From assembly GCA_036172245.1 (NCBI GenBank), contig JAYWIR010000003.1:5022001-5086000 (forward strand): a stretch of 64,000 nucleotides of DNA, read 5' to 3'. The notes below the pieces were generated by a model. It was not told where the DNA came from and did not search any database. It was given only the letters and a program-made list of their open reading frames with translations. The stretch is from Raillietiella orientalis (Eukaryota). Position 1 is the first letter of the stretch. Every line of letters starts with the position of its first letter. This document shows positions 26,380-38,959 of this stretch, in pieces. The translations under genes and the position numbers were made by a program.

Positions 26380-26915
26380 AATACCTTATGGACTTTTGCT
26401 CAGAACTAAGGCTAAGAAAAGACGTATTACACCCATTTTTAGGAAGAAGTGCAACATTCACTCAGCCAAGACATATGACCACTGAAGAAACCCTTAGAAT
26501 AGAAACTTGATCCCAAATACTCGCCGGGATGTTCCAGGGAGATGGAAATGTCCCCTGCTACAATCCCATGGTAAGGACGACCATTGCCCTTTTCATCACT
26601 GCCATACTCGTGCGATGGTGGAAGATGAAAAACGCCAGGATAGCCCCTTCTCCAATGGAAATCCTGAAAGGGTTAATCCAAAGGGAGATTGGCATCAGGA
26701 ATTGTGGACGAGTACCGGCCCGGACATACCGCTATATCCTGAAGAGGATTAAGGACGATGCCCGGGCAACGACATCAACCAATGTTCCTTAAAAGTAAAA
26801 AACGGATCGAACAGTGACACCTGAAGTGTGAGTAGCAAATGAATGAGCCACTCTAGCGTGATTAGAAAAGGGATAAATAAATTCACCCCACCCCTCGTGG
26901 GACTAGGGGAAACTA
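26380..26915 (+). mobile_element. Family A LINE copy 2, 3' fragment only, strongly diverged
   Basis: GMFQGDGNVPCYNPMVRTTIALFITAILVR...LIQREIGIRNCGRVP aligns with GLFGGEEGAPRYSPTVRVAVAFFMRSILVR...LLKREVNIRACGRVP of copy 1; shared 3' UTR hairpin. Confidence 0.75.
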
Positions 26916-27340
26916 GAAAGTTGATCCTATGTTGAATTCAATCTTTAAACTGCTAGATCATCGATCTGCAATTGCTCATAACGACCGTGTTTGTGAGAGG
27001 ACATGTACATAAACGATTAAGAGAACGCAGGAAACGAGAAACGAAATAATACCACTTTAGTGACTCCACTATTAGAGTCTCTGAAACCTGATCGCAAGCA
27101 ACGTTTGCTAACTTGCCCAAATGATGTGCTTAAAGAGGCCAAAATAATACTTCCACCATCACATACAGGACTACCACTAACTATACTGTCTACAATTCTA
27201 CTACCTATTTTATGCAACATCTACTCAGTCAACTCAGATGTGTACGATGTAAGATAAATTTCATTTTAAAAAAGAAGCTTCCTTGAAGGGTCATAACATT
27301 CTGACATGTTTCAATAAAGAGAAGATTCTCAGTATCGAGG

Positions 27341-27950
27341 CTAATTGAATCTGAGTGTCCCAAATAAGGCTGCAGTGAGTGCAAGTTGTCGAAACTCTGG
27401 AATATTTTTTGGAAGGATACCTATTAGATTCTCTAACTTGCACACTTTATAGAAATAAGAAAAGACCGAGGATAGGCATGTTTGGTTCCTCCAAGCTTGA
27501 TCTGTTCTTTTGATTTGTGATTGGTACCGCAGATTTCGAGGGAGAATGGTTCCAAGTGCTGCCAAACGAGTTCCATTGAGATCAGACGTACATCCGGGAA
27601 TTAGAAGTGGACTGGTCGGACCTGGACTATGAAAGAAACTCATTTGTGTAGAAGTGACTCCTTTTGGTGGTGGATGCTGGTGAACACTTTGCTACCAATG
27701 TTCCCAGAGAGGAAAAGCCTGTAGTTGGGCGGAAACACTTCTGCTGGATCCCGTTTCCATATCAGACTTGGACTTCTCCGGTATGTGGATGAAGTTAACA
27801 AGAATAGGGCGATCTCAGCATTTTTGTAAAGCCGGAAGGCAACACAATGATCAGTGCGATGTCGTGGCTGCATTGCTGAGTGCGACAGCGGATAAGATAG
27901 GGAAAAAACCAAAACGCAAGGATTATTCGGATTTACCGCACTATTTGTTT
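27341..27950 (-). mobile_element. Decayed LINE reverse transcriptase relic
   Basis: PPNYRLFLSGNIGSKVFTSI (cf. NYRPISLLNID.KIFT.I), followed by LIPGCTSDLN and a degenerate AFD.V-like segment. Confidence 0.55.
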
Positions 27951-28548
27951 ATATGCGAAGGAACTCGTGGGAACGAATTTAGGCGTCATGAGCACTGACT
28001 CCCAATCCATCTGTTCCAGGGTTCTTCCAGTACTATGTCTTGTGGAACAGAAAAATTCACTGAAAGAGAGTTAGTCTCCTCCATGACGATTGAAATAAAG
28101 CACAACAGAACCGTCAAATGAGCTTTTCGGTACCAGTGAGGTCTGGACCGTGACCACAGCGAGCAGCTTATCCAGATTTCAGAACAATAGCGGGAGTAAC
28201 AGAAATACGGGAGTAGGCTGCAGCCGATTTTTTTCGACCACAACTCGAGGCCATTTCGTTTCATTCCAGGAACGCAGGTCCTTGTGTGCATTCACTTGAA
28301 AGACGCGAGGTCCAAGAGAATGCTTGGAGATTCGGGTCCACTGTAGTGCGACTGAGACCCCAATGCAAAGATGATTCCAGGCTTTCATGGAAACGCCTAC
28401 TGGGCTGTACCGCATTTGTACGCAGTAAATGCGAATCATCAGCACTAGAAGAAGGTCGGTCTGCTTCCCCTAAGCAGTTCCGTTGAAAACTTGAACCTCC
28501 GAGCTGACTGCACCAACAAATTCCTTGTAGAAAGAGTTGGCAAGTCCT

Positions 28549-28571
28549 TCTCTCTCTCTCTCTCTCTCTCT
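28549..28571. repeat. (CT)n microsatellite
   Basis: Read directly from the sequence. Confidence 0.9.
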
Positions 28572-29699
28572 AAGTCGCTTTTCCCGCGTCAGACACTCCA
28601 CACAGTTGCCTCAAGACCGACTGTAAAAGAACACTGTTTTCAGGAAGGCAAAGTTTCATTTTTCCTGAAACGCCACACCCGAACGGAAAAGACCTGCGAT
28701 GCCGAGTCCAAGGAGGGCGTTTTCGCTACGTGTTCATCCTCCAGGCAACATACATGGAGAGTTCGCAAGGATTCCCTCTTCCTGGAGAAATCGAAGGGAA
28801 TTTTAGCGCGTGGTAATAAAGAAACGAACTCTCGGACGTCTGTCATTGCAGAAGACTGTTTTTGTTCTTACCTCATGAGTTTCCTTCCAGGAAACCAAAG
28901 CAAGCCTGGCTTTTCTAAAAGGGCAACCGTTTTTGTTTCTCGCGTTTTTTTTCCGCTTCCGTCTCGGAAGACATGGATCTTTTTTTCCGAGGTTAGATCG
29001 TTAATCATTCGATGGAAAGTGAAAGGTGTCACGTGAAATTAAGGAAATTCAATAAAAAGATTAGCGGCGTTGCTGATCCACGTCACGTGAAGGATGCTAC
29101 TGTTAATTTCTTCTGTGTGTCCTTTGCTTTTGTAGCCTGTGCACATGTTGAGGTGCCGAAATGAAGCCTCTCAAACCCAATTAACCAGCTAGACGGAAGT
29201 GGGGATGATGCTTAATCTAGAACAACACATCAAGTATGATTAAACAATTTAGCAAGGCATAACTGATTGAATCGGTGAATTCGATAAAGTTAAGGAAGGA
29301 GACCTGTGTTGGTTGGACTGAGTGTTCGGGGAACCGAGAGAGGTATTTTCAAATGTGGACTGCACTCAAGATAGGAGGTCACATCCACCTCGCATGCACG
29401 CGCAAATCAAGACGGATCTCGCGTCTGCTAGGAGGCAGCGTCCCCATTCTCGGAGCACTGTTCCCCTACTGGTTGTTGCCAACACGGCTGCTGATTGCAC
29501 TGCGTTCTCCCCACTGCTTGGGCTTTTACTGAGCGTCAGCTTTCAGCCTCCTTCAGAGCGGCAGTTCGAACAAGACCTCTGCGCCCTTCAGACAATTGGT
29601 TTCGCTATGCCTTCAGCACAGTCGTAAGGGAGGGATTTTCACACAGAAGCCGCAAAGTCGCTTCCTGCCTTTGTTTTTCGTGCTTCCCGGATTTCCTTA

Positions 29700-31300
29700 C
29701 CATCGCTTCTCCCGTGAAGCCTGGCATCACGAGGAAAAATCAACCTTTTGAACGGATGAAAGTTGAAATCAGTTATTGCTACTACTCTGACGTGAGCTGC
29801 CTATGGCGTCGCTCTGAAAGGGATTCGTATTTCGTCCCAGGACATGGCTTAATCTGAGAAGAAAACTGGACCACTCAAGATCAGCGGTGCAGTCTTCAAC
29901 TAACCTAATGCGATGGATCTGCAATGGAAGCCTCAGCACCACCATGAGGACAGGAATAATTTACCTCTTATGTTGGCATCAGGAAATGTTGCAGATCTGG
30001 AAGACGTTAGCATTTTTGTGCCATTTCGGTGGTTCTTGTGTTTCGAAACATCTGGAAACAAACATCGAATGTCAACTCGAATCTCTTCCTGGAAATTACA
30101 CACTCAAAGTTGCATTTCTGCTAAATTGTAGAGATTATTCCAGGAGGAAACCTCCAATGGTAGTTTCGCACCGCCGTGTTGTTCTGCATGGATACTTGCA
30201 AGACCATTTGAACTGTGACCCATGCTAACATTTAGCGTCGCGGACCTCATCCCAGCACGGTTGAGTGGAGTGGATGAGTTTGCCTGAAAGATCAGAGGCA
30301 CTGCCTTTTTTCTTTAGAAGATGGGACGCATTCGCTGCGTCCGCCAGCAAGTTCCGTTCCGTTCAGCTGTTGTTACCATGGAAAATTTCCGAAACATCCG
30401 CTGTCTCAAGCATCATGGAACTAAGGACGGATTGGATCCATAACTAGCAACGTCACACAAATGGGAACGCTTTGGAAAGCTCGAGGCCGTTGATGGTAGC
30501 ACGAAAGCAACAAGAAAATGAGAGTGTTCTCCAATGGGTTGGAGTCTGGCGTGCACAGTGAGCACCACGCAACGGGAAATCACGTACCAAGACTTACTGC
30601 TCTTCAAGTGAGCACAAATGCTTGCTGCAAATTGTGTTAGCGGAGGGCAAAAATTAACATGTCGAGTACCTCATGTGACCTTGAATGCAAAGGTCACAGG
30701 ACTTGAAATCTTGATCGCATGGTGTTTGGACACGTGCACCTTAAGGCGAGGGCACAGCAAAACAGTACACGGTGGCTATAGACATAGATTTTTCATCCTC
30801 ATGTTTTCTGTATATCCCACTTAGATGGCCGTAGCGAGCTCGAGATTTCCATCGCCCGGTCGGCAAAAAGGAAATCTGCCAACATGCAAGCGCCAGATGA
30901 AGGCGTTTCCCGTCGATGCGTTCCGTTGAATAGTGGTGGCACGGTGATGGAAGTTTCTCAGCCACAGGAAACCTTCTGTTGAAGATGAATGCTACTTTCA
31001 GCATCTGGAGAAGTCAGTATGGATCTCATATGGAGTGCGCCTGGCCCTTGCGAAGCATCTGTCTCTCTCTCAACTGATCTCTGAACTTAATCAAGGTGGT
31101 GATCCCATCCAGTCACGGAATTCGCTACGCGGTCTGGAAGCAGCTGAAGAAACAAAGCAAAGAGTAGGGATCTCTCTTGGGCACAATTCATCGGGGGTCG
31201 CTGTTCTGACTCGGTGTTCTGACATCGGAAGTTCTGACTCGCTAACGCTTTGCTTGCCTACCGAAAGGTCTCTCTGCCGTCTGCTAAGTGAGGTACAGAG
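29700..31300 (+). mobile_element. Decayed L1-like ORF2 relic (APE to RT)
   Basis: Degenerate motifs in the expected order: ...ERDSYF (APE), SSWKLH (W.LN), LPFFFRRW, a PIT.SNV-like segment, a GI.Q-like segment and KQRVGISLG (KYLG.L). Confidence 0.35.
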
Positions 31301-31829
31301 GCTCACCTGAAATCCGAGAGTCGGAAAGGCTCGCCGCTGCTACCTCGAGTGCAGCCTCCCGATGTGTAACGCCGTGGATGGGACAGACTAACTCCCAACG
31401 CTGAGGGTACATGTGGATGCGTTCTGAAGAAGATGCGATTCCCGAACATTACCAACAACAACTCGGAACACACCAAACATCCTGTGGCTGCCAACTGCTT
31501 TGTTCTGCGGTCTAGATGGATCTCTCACCATGTATTTCAGGAAGTTTCGCCTTGCCGCAGGTCGTGTCTCGAAGTTGCGTGCACTTGCGTTTCTCGAGAG
31601 CGGAAAATGCACATGTGCTGACAAGAGCGGAGAGCGGAGCACACATGCACCCTTTCCTTTCGAGACGTGGAATCCAAGGAATTCACAGCGCGTGCGCGAA
31701 GATAACTCAATCCGATCCCACCGTTCGATCAGAGCGCTAGCACCGGAAATCCCAGGGACGCACGCGGACCAGCTCAGCAGGACGATGGTGTCGGTATGCA
31801 ACACAGAACACCCTCCGAACGACCTGCCC

Positions 31830-32560
31830 TCCGTCCCCTGTGGGAACTCTTTTCCGCGTCCGTGCAGATCCCCGAGGACAATTCCAGAGACGTTCTGAAG
31901 AGCCTCTTCCTGCATGACGCGCCCTCATAGCGGCCGCATCCCTAGCAGCACTTCGCTGCCTACTCGGGATCATGGCTACATGGAGTAACGCCAGAGGAGG
32001 CCAGGACGGGGACGCCATCTACCTTGCGGTCCTCTTCATGAGGATGGCGTCCAGATGGCCCCATCTGAGGATCGTGAAACGGGAACTTGTCTGCATCCTG
32101 GTAAGGATGCCGAGGACGCCCTCCAAAGTTTTAGATATATTTCAGATATATTTATTTTTATTTTGTTTGTCCCCCCCCCCCTCCCTCTGCTGCAGAGGCA
32201 AACGTTGCCGGTTTGCATGCTGGTTCTCGACAGGTTCCCCTTGTTGCATTTGCAACATGGCAGGACCGTTGGTCCTGCCATCCGCTTGTAAGTTTATTCT
32301 TATACAGATCAACGCCCCGGCTCATCCGAATGTCAAGCCAAGCGACCTGGATCAGATCTACATGGTCAGGTCTTCAGAAGACCGACCTCAAGCAAAGGTC
32401 TGTCTTCGCGCAGCCCCGAGAGCAAGCCAGAGGAGACTCGACGATGCGCGGTGTCCAGAGGAAAGCTGCGGGAGGGGGGAACTGCAGAGGTGAACACGTC
32501 GAACCGAGGAGCCTCCGCCCGAAAGCAGACCGCGTGGCTTCGTCCTGCTTGCCCACTGAA
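31830..32560 (+). mobile_element. Family B LINE 3' fragment (copy B3) with hairpin module and downstream homologous segment
   Basis: Clear nucleotide similarity to 38370-38890 (e.g. TGCAGATCCCCGAGG, GCGGCCGCATCCCTAGCAGCACTTCGCTG, CTACCTTGCGGTCCTCTTCATGAGGATGGCGTC). Right boundary approximate. Confidence 0.8.
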
Positions 32561-35500
32561 CCTGCTTCAAGGACAAAGTGTGCACCCTGGAGGTCAGCTC
32601 GTAGATCCGGAACAGGCACATGTCCGCGCAGGAAAGAGGGATCTTCGAAGAAAGGAGCTGCCAACCGTTAAGGAGGAATCTGCATTGACCAGAGGACCGA
32701 TGAGCATCTAAAAGGCACGCGGTCCACGGAGAAGAAATCGCTGCTGAATGCATGCCGCGAGCCATGCCAAATCGTTGGGTTGAGTGCTGTGTGGACATCT
32801 GAAAAGAAGCTGTGCCGATCAAAATCCCGAATGCCAAAATCTAGGAAGACCTCTAAATTAAAGCATATATGTCTATTATACATAGTAAATGAATATAAAT
32901 ATCGAATTATAAACATATACTCTATTCATTATAATCTTTAATATATATAGTAATACTATATGTGCTAATAAATAGTGATAAATATGTATGTTAGAACAAA
33001 TTCGTATATTAATCTATATATAAACGCATGTATTAATATACATAATAATATCATGTATATTTATTTTTTATGATTCGGGGGGACCACGGTCTGTGCACCT
33101 GTTTTGCAGGCGGGACTTCGCTCACTGACCTCTCCTCCTAGTACTTCAGCCAACGGATGTTCAGCCGAGATCTCATCAAATCGTCACCAGGGAAACTTTC
33201 TTGACATCGCTTCGCGTGCTTGCCTCAGAAATAAGAATTTCTCCACCTACGTTTCGTACAGACGCGGGAAATATGGTGACCACCGTGAGACAGGTCCATC
33301 TCGCCCCTATTTATTTATTTATTGGCTTCCCTTCCTTTCCCTTCCTTATTTTGCGTCCTTAATCAGGTTCGGACCCTTTCATCTCGGGTCCTTCCATATT
33401 GTATTCCTTATTTATTTACTTTACACGAATGGTCCGACGTGATGAGGTAAGGTTTCGTCCGAAGAGCTTCCTTTGCATGCTGTGCCAGAGAAGCAATCCC
33501 TTAGAGATTCTGGACTCGTTCCTCCTGACCGTGGCAGCAGTGTTCTCTTCCGTTCATCGAATGGCTCCTCTTAGCAAAGGGCTGCTCCAAATCCCAACTT
33601 CAGTTTCTCGTCTCCGAGTCGTCTGACACGTCATCACGTGCACGCCCCCATCTTCACTGTGCAAAATCGTTTTCAGATTCCATCCCCATTCTCCCTTGTG
33701 AGTTCATTTTGGTGCTCGTGTTCTCGCCGCTTCCTCGAGCGCATCCGATCCAGTCATCAAGACCAGCGAGGCAGATGTTGACTTTCCTGCTTTCAAATTC
33801 GCACCCCTTTGGTAATTCGGGATCGACACCCAGATTAAGGATCATTTTTATTCTCAGACACAAGGTGGATCCTAATGGCATCAAATGTCAGGGTCTACGG
33901 CACTACAGCAAGCGGGAGCTGCCGTGCTTACCATGGCTGGTAATGAAAGTCCAATAGAAGGTGCCTTCAAGCGCACCGGCTCCCAAGAAAGGGTCTCGGG
34001 GGAAACATCCACATGAAAAAATGAACTTCTCGTGTTTACCGTAGTGCCGCACCACCTCGAAGCGAGAGGACATCGTTGGGTATTCTTGGTTACGACTAGC
34101 TCCATGTGTGAATCAGGCTGATGTGCGTATCCGATGAAAGCAAACACTCCGAAAGAGTGTTTGCTTTCATCCAGATCATGATCCCCTCGAAAGAAGGGGC
34201 TGGATGTTCTGCAGCCAAATTGTTCCAATGTTCTTATTGGATAGCCGGAGGTTGAGCGTATTCGTTTCTGATTCACTTCCTCCTCCATGATGATTCTCCC
34301 TCTCTCCCTTGAGTGCTCCCACTATTGTAGCTCTCATCAAATATTCAGCTCGCTTTAAGACTGGGATATCAAAAATTCATATGCACTGTCTGCGGTTGCG
34401 ATGACGATTCTGACGCACTATTTTTCTCTGAAACGCAGGGGATGACACATCCATCCATCTGCGGTCATATGGTTTTTTCTGATGTTGTCATTCTAGGGCC
34501 TGCGTTCTTTGAATCCAGGAGCGCCTCAGGTCTACGACGCTTCGCAGGGGTTGCAGTTGAGACCCATCTACTGATCCAGGAAACATTTGCGTAGGAAGCG
34601 TTGAATTGTTAATGGTGGACGCAGCTTCCGATTAGGAAAATCTCGTTGTGAAAATTCTTCTCTTGCATCTCCTTTGTGCTATCGCACGTGCTTATGATGC
34701 CGCTACCGAGTTTCACCTGAAAACTCCGCAGTGATGGTCCGCAGTCGATTGCTTGCAATCCCTGACGGACTTGAACCCTTCAGCATCCCCTGCACTGTGA
34801 GCCACGCAGCGGATCCAATGGAAACCACTTCTCGCCCGCACCCTCAAAGTCTGAATTCTAGAAGTAATCGTGGCAGTGTGTCTGACCTCACTCCCCACGG
34901 CACGCCGTGCTTCTCGTCTCTGATATCTTTCAGAACGGTATGCATCTTCCTCGGGTCTCTAAAATCCAACCCGGACTGAATCCCAAGGGCGTCCATCTGG
35001 AGCCGACTATCCTAGCATTGCTTTTACGCCATTTCAAGGTGCAGCACCGCCGATTCAATCAAGGACGCGGCTGAGATCTCCTGTGATGAGGCATTCCCGA
35101 CGTTCGGATTCTTCGACAAAGTTAAGCTGCAGGCGGCAAAACGGAAAATGCGACTCCGCTATACGCAGGTCATCATCAACACTATGCATCCCTGTTGCAC
35201 GTGTCACAGAGCTAGGTTTGAGAAAGGGAGCGTTCTCGTTCCTTTTTTCATTGGGATGGCTCTCCCTTGTTCCCCCTACCCCCCTTCCCTTCAGGGATCA
35301 CCGTCTCGAGAAATCCGGAAAGACCTGTTCCGTCAACTTGCATGCACTCCAGCCACTGCGTTGCTCTATTTCCATCGGCCTCCAACATAAAGCTGCGGGC
35401 TGTTGAGTCTCATTCGAGAAGCAGCGTTCCGTTTCCACGACGAAGTTTCCTGGATAGGGCAAACTCCCCTGGTCGGCTTCTGATCTCCTATGAAAGTGAC

Positions 35501-36029
35501 GGATGGATGAGCAATGGCGAAGGATGATGTGTACGGAAGTTGAAAACAATGGAATTGGCCGATGGAGATCCCGTGGCCTCCTAGACGCTCACATCCACCA
35601 CTGTGGTCTTGGGTTCTCAGTTCGTTCTGCCATTCTCCACCAGTATTGACCTACGGTACAAGAGCTTGTTCACCAACGAACTCTGAGGTGTCTCACACTC
35701 GCAGCAATTTTCTTCCTGTGCCTCTGGTGCTAGCAACCATCCTACTGCATCTAGGCCATAGGTGCCCAAACTTATCTGATCTACCGCCTTTTTTCCAGAT
35801 AAAAAATCACTCAGCGCCCCTCTGGAAACGCACCTTCTTTAGGTGAACAAACAGAAAGATGCAGTGGCAAACTTGCGTTGTTTCATGTATCTGTATTTCT
35901 ATCTACGTCCTCCAGCATAGTAAGGAAAGATGCTGTTGCAAATAAAACATGCTGAAGCTTAAATTATTTACTGAAGCCAACCATAGTAACATTCGCATTA
36001 CACACAGAAAATTACAATAACGAAGGATA

Positions 36030-36382
36030 ATATTTAAAAAAAAAATCGCGAATCACACGGAAGATAATTCGAATGAGAAGGATGGAACTGGTGCGCTTCT
36101 ACCAGTTTGTTTCTATTCGGCTCCATATTTGTCAGCTCCATTCTTAAATCACCGCGATTAGAAATGCAATTAAAAACTTTTGTACCATGGCATATAGAAA
36201 ACAGACATTTGTACGAACTGTTTTTTGAAATTTTCTTATTTTCTCCTCTTTCGTCATTCTTTCGCCGCTCCCCCTTCCCTATTTTCAATCGACGCCTCCC
36301 AATTGCACTTGAGGCTACTATGGCCCCCTGAATCGCTCCAGAGCCCACCAGGGGGCGGTATCACCCACTTTGGGAAGCACTG
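36030..36382 (-). mobile_element. Non-autonomous hAT (Buster/Charlie group) DNA transposon remnant
   Basis: Terminus CAGTGCTTCCCAAAGTGGG (36382-36364) next to the 8-mer ATCTAGGA with central TA. About 160 bp inside lies a transposase C-terminus SSY...RGDLRMELTNMEPNRNKLVEAHQFHPSH, matching the Buster-type RGDLRL.LT..EP.I.KL...HQ.HPSH end. The second terminus was not found. Confidence 0.7.
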
Positions 36383-36529
36383 ATCTAGGAGAATGCCTAT
36401 AAAACCTGAAAAGCTGATTCGGAGTCTCTAAAATTCGTTCGGATAAAAACGAAAAGAAGTGCCCCATTTGAAACTGGGTCATCCGATCGTCCACAGCTTC
36501 TGCAAGCGATGAAGGCATATGAAGCCCTA

Positions 36530-37790
36530 TTTCAAGTGATCTTTTACTCCAAAAAGGACTATCTGAATTCTAGTCGGGAAGCTCGGGAACAGGGCTGAGA
36601 CTGTGCGCGTTCCAGAACTTTCTTCAGGTCGATGTTGGCTTCTCAAGCCTTGATTCGTTCTTGCTCCGCTGGCGGCCTGCGGTCTCGGCAAGTGGCACCA
36701 AGAGTTCGAATCTCCACGTGAAGGATCGACGCCCAGAATCGGGGGCTGCGTCGTGGATTTCGAGTCCCTCTCACAGGATGACGCTGACCTTAGGTGGCTT
36801 CGAGTGTGGCGGTACTGGTTTTTCATCCGGGTTCGCCGGGGAGTTTATTTAAAATAAAATAAACATTTGCAATTTTTTGTGGTTGGACCGCTGGTCCAAC
36901 CACATCCTTTCTGTAGATAAACCTGCCGTGTTATCGGTTCGCAGGCCGGTGAGGACTACCACGAGAGCAGAGGGGAGGGGTCAAACGAAAAGAAAATAAA
37001 CAAAACAAAAAAAAAAAACATTCTGGGGATGGGGGTGCGGGAAGGGATCAGGTCCTGCTGGGGGAGGTTCTCTGCATCCTTCGGAGGATGCCGGCAAGGG
37101 ATTGCTTGATATTGACATCCAGATGGGGATATCTGGCCGCTATCTGTAAAAAGTGGAGAACGAAGTGGATGGCGTCCCTGTCGTTGGCTCCTCCGTTGAC
37201 TTCGCTCCACGTCGCCACGATCCCACGAAGGCAGCGCAGTGCTGCAAGGGTTGTGGATGGTTGCAGGGCGTCCTGCACGCAAAAAGAGGAGTCGTATCAC
37301 ATCTCTGGTGCTACCTCCGGGGGTTCCAAGGGTCGCGGCAAAATATCCTTAAAGGGGCCGGAGGGCAACATAGTCCACTAACAGGTGGAAGAGGGATTCA
37401 CGCTCCCTGCACCTGACACAGTTTACACCCCCCACGTCCAGTGATGACGGCGGGCGCTGCACGAGATCTCCCAGTGCAGCACCAACAGCGCCGGCTCCTG
37501 CCATTGCAAAGGGAGGGTGCGGATGTCCATGAGCACCGGGGCCGCCCACTTCAGGTGTTCCAGCGGTACCTCCAGCAGCTCGCCCAAGCGCAAGAGTCCG
37601 TGGGGCTTGGGGTCGCAGAGTCGGGGAGCTGTCCCGTCTTCCATTCGCCCAGTCCTTTCTCCCTTCCGGAGATGGTTGCCTTAATTTCCCATTTCGCCGC
37701 GATGCTGTTGATCAGGTGTTCCCTGAGGGAGGGCAGCGCCGACGCGAGGGAATTTATTCCTGCCCACGCGCTTTTTCCGGGATCCTCCTA
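36530..37790 (-). mobile_element. Family B LINE 3' fragment (copy B1)
   Basis: GLLRLGELL...LPLQWQEPALLVLHW..CSARRHHWTWG..NCVRCRERESLFHLL (zinc knuckle) and LAALRCLRGIVATWS; homologous to B2 and B3. Confidence 0.8.
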
Positions 37791-37799
37791 GATCTCTCG

Positions 37800-38895
37800 G
37801 AGCGCGCAACGGTTGTTGCGCACGAACAGGAACCGGCGCACCTGTACCGTGCGTTGCACCTGGCTCCTCGCCCGCGTACGGATGGTTTCCTGTAATGGAA
37901 GAGATCCTGGGGAACACCTGTAATCTGCTGTGGGCTTCGTTCATCCTCCTCGCACCAGTGCTGCCCTCCCTAAGGAAAGCAATGGACAGCCAACATCCAG
38001 CGAGGTGGGAAGTGAGTGTGAAATCCAAAATAAGAAGAAACATCTGGGTGCATGGACAACTCGGAAGCTGGTGGACGCCGCTCCCAATTGTCCTGCCCAA
38101 GGGACTGCTACGCTGGGGAGAGCTACTACAAATTTCTCCGGAGTAGGTGCAGTGGCCCCCAGCGTGTTGGAACAATGCTGACTTTCCCCTAAAGTGGCAG
38201 GAGTCGGTGACCCTGCTGCTGCACTGGAGCCTCCCTTGTGAATCCCGCCGACACCATTGGACCCGGGGGAGTGTAAGTCCGAACTGAGGCAGATGTGAAA
38301 AGAGAGAATCCCTTCCGTACCTGCTCATGGATTCTGGAGCAAATAAACGCAGGCACGTCCCCGGAAAAGCGTTCCCCTGTGGGTACTCTTTGTAGCGTCC
38401 CTGCAGATCCCCGAGGGCAATTCCAAAGACGTTATGAAGAGCCTCTTCCCGCATGCCGCCCTCACAGCGGCCGCATCCCTAGCAGCACTTCGCTGTCTAC
38501 TCTGGATCGTGGCTGCATGGAGTAATGCCAGAGGAGACCAGGACGGGGACACTACCTTGCGGTCCTCTTCATGAGGATGGCGTCAAGATGGTCCCATCTG
38601 AGGATCGTTGTCTGCATCCTGGCAACGATGCAGAAAACACCCTTCAGCACACAGTGATCCCTTCCCGAGCTCTCCCTCCTTCCCCAATTTTTTGTATCTT
38701 TGTTTTATTTTTATTTTTCTTTGTTTCCCCTTCCTCTGTGCTGCCAAGGATAACCTCGCCAGCCTGCGCTCCGGTTCTCGGCAGGTTCTTGTATATCTAT
38801 GTAACGTGGCAGGATCACACATCCTGCCACTAACCTGTATGTTTATTTTTTTAAAGATAAAGTCCCGGCGTGACCGAGTGTCAACCCAACACCCT
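37800..38895 (+). mobile_element. Family B LINE 3' fragment (copy B2)
   Basis: GLLRWGELL...FPLKWQESVTLLLHWSLPCESRRHHWTRG..N*GRCEKRESLPYLL; homologous to B1 in the opposite orientation. Confidence 0.8.
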
Positions 38896-38959
38896 CCTCG
38901 TTCAAGTCGCAGCATTTCCGCTTCCATCATTTTGCAAAGAGTCTTCACGATTAAATGGA

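Noticed and set aside
26840..26915. HDV-like ribozyme candidate (CCCCTCGTGG resembles L3)
   Set aside because: No valid P1/P2 pairing; better explained as the family-A 3' hairpin.
33240..33470. Hammerhead or Penelope-like fragments (ACGTTTCG; TGATGAG...CGAA)
   Set aside because: The catalytic core CUGANGA/GAAA is incomplete and the stems do not form.
33500..35800. Possible further minus-strand LINE RT relic
   Set aside because: Motif matches are too degenerate to list as a feature.
36670..36716. tRNA/SINE-head-like string GGCGGCCTGCGG...GTGGCACCAAGAGTTCGAATCTCC
   Set aside because: Requires large deletions relative to the SINE head, has no cloverleaf, and the homologous position in copy B3 lacks the B box.
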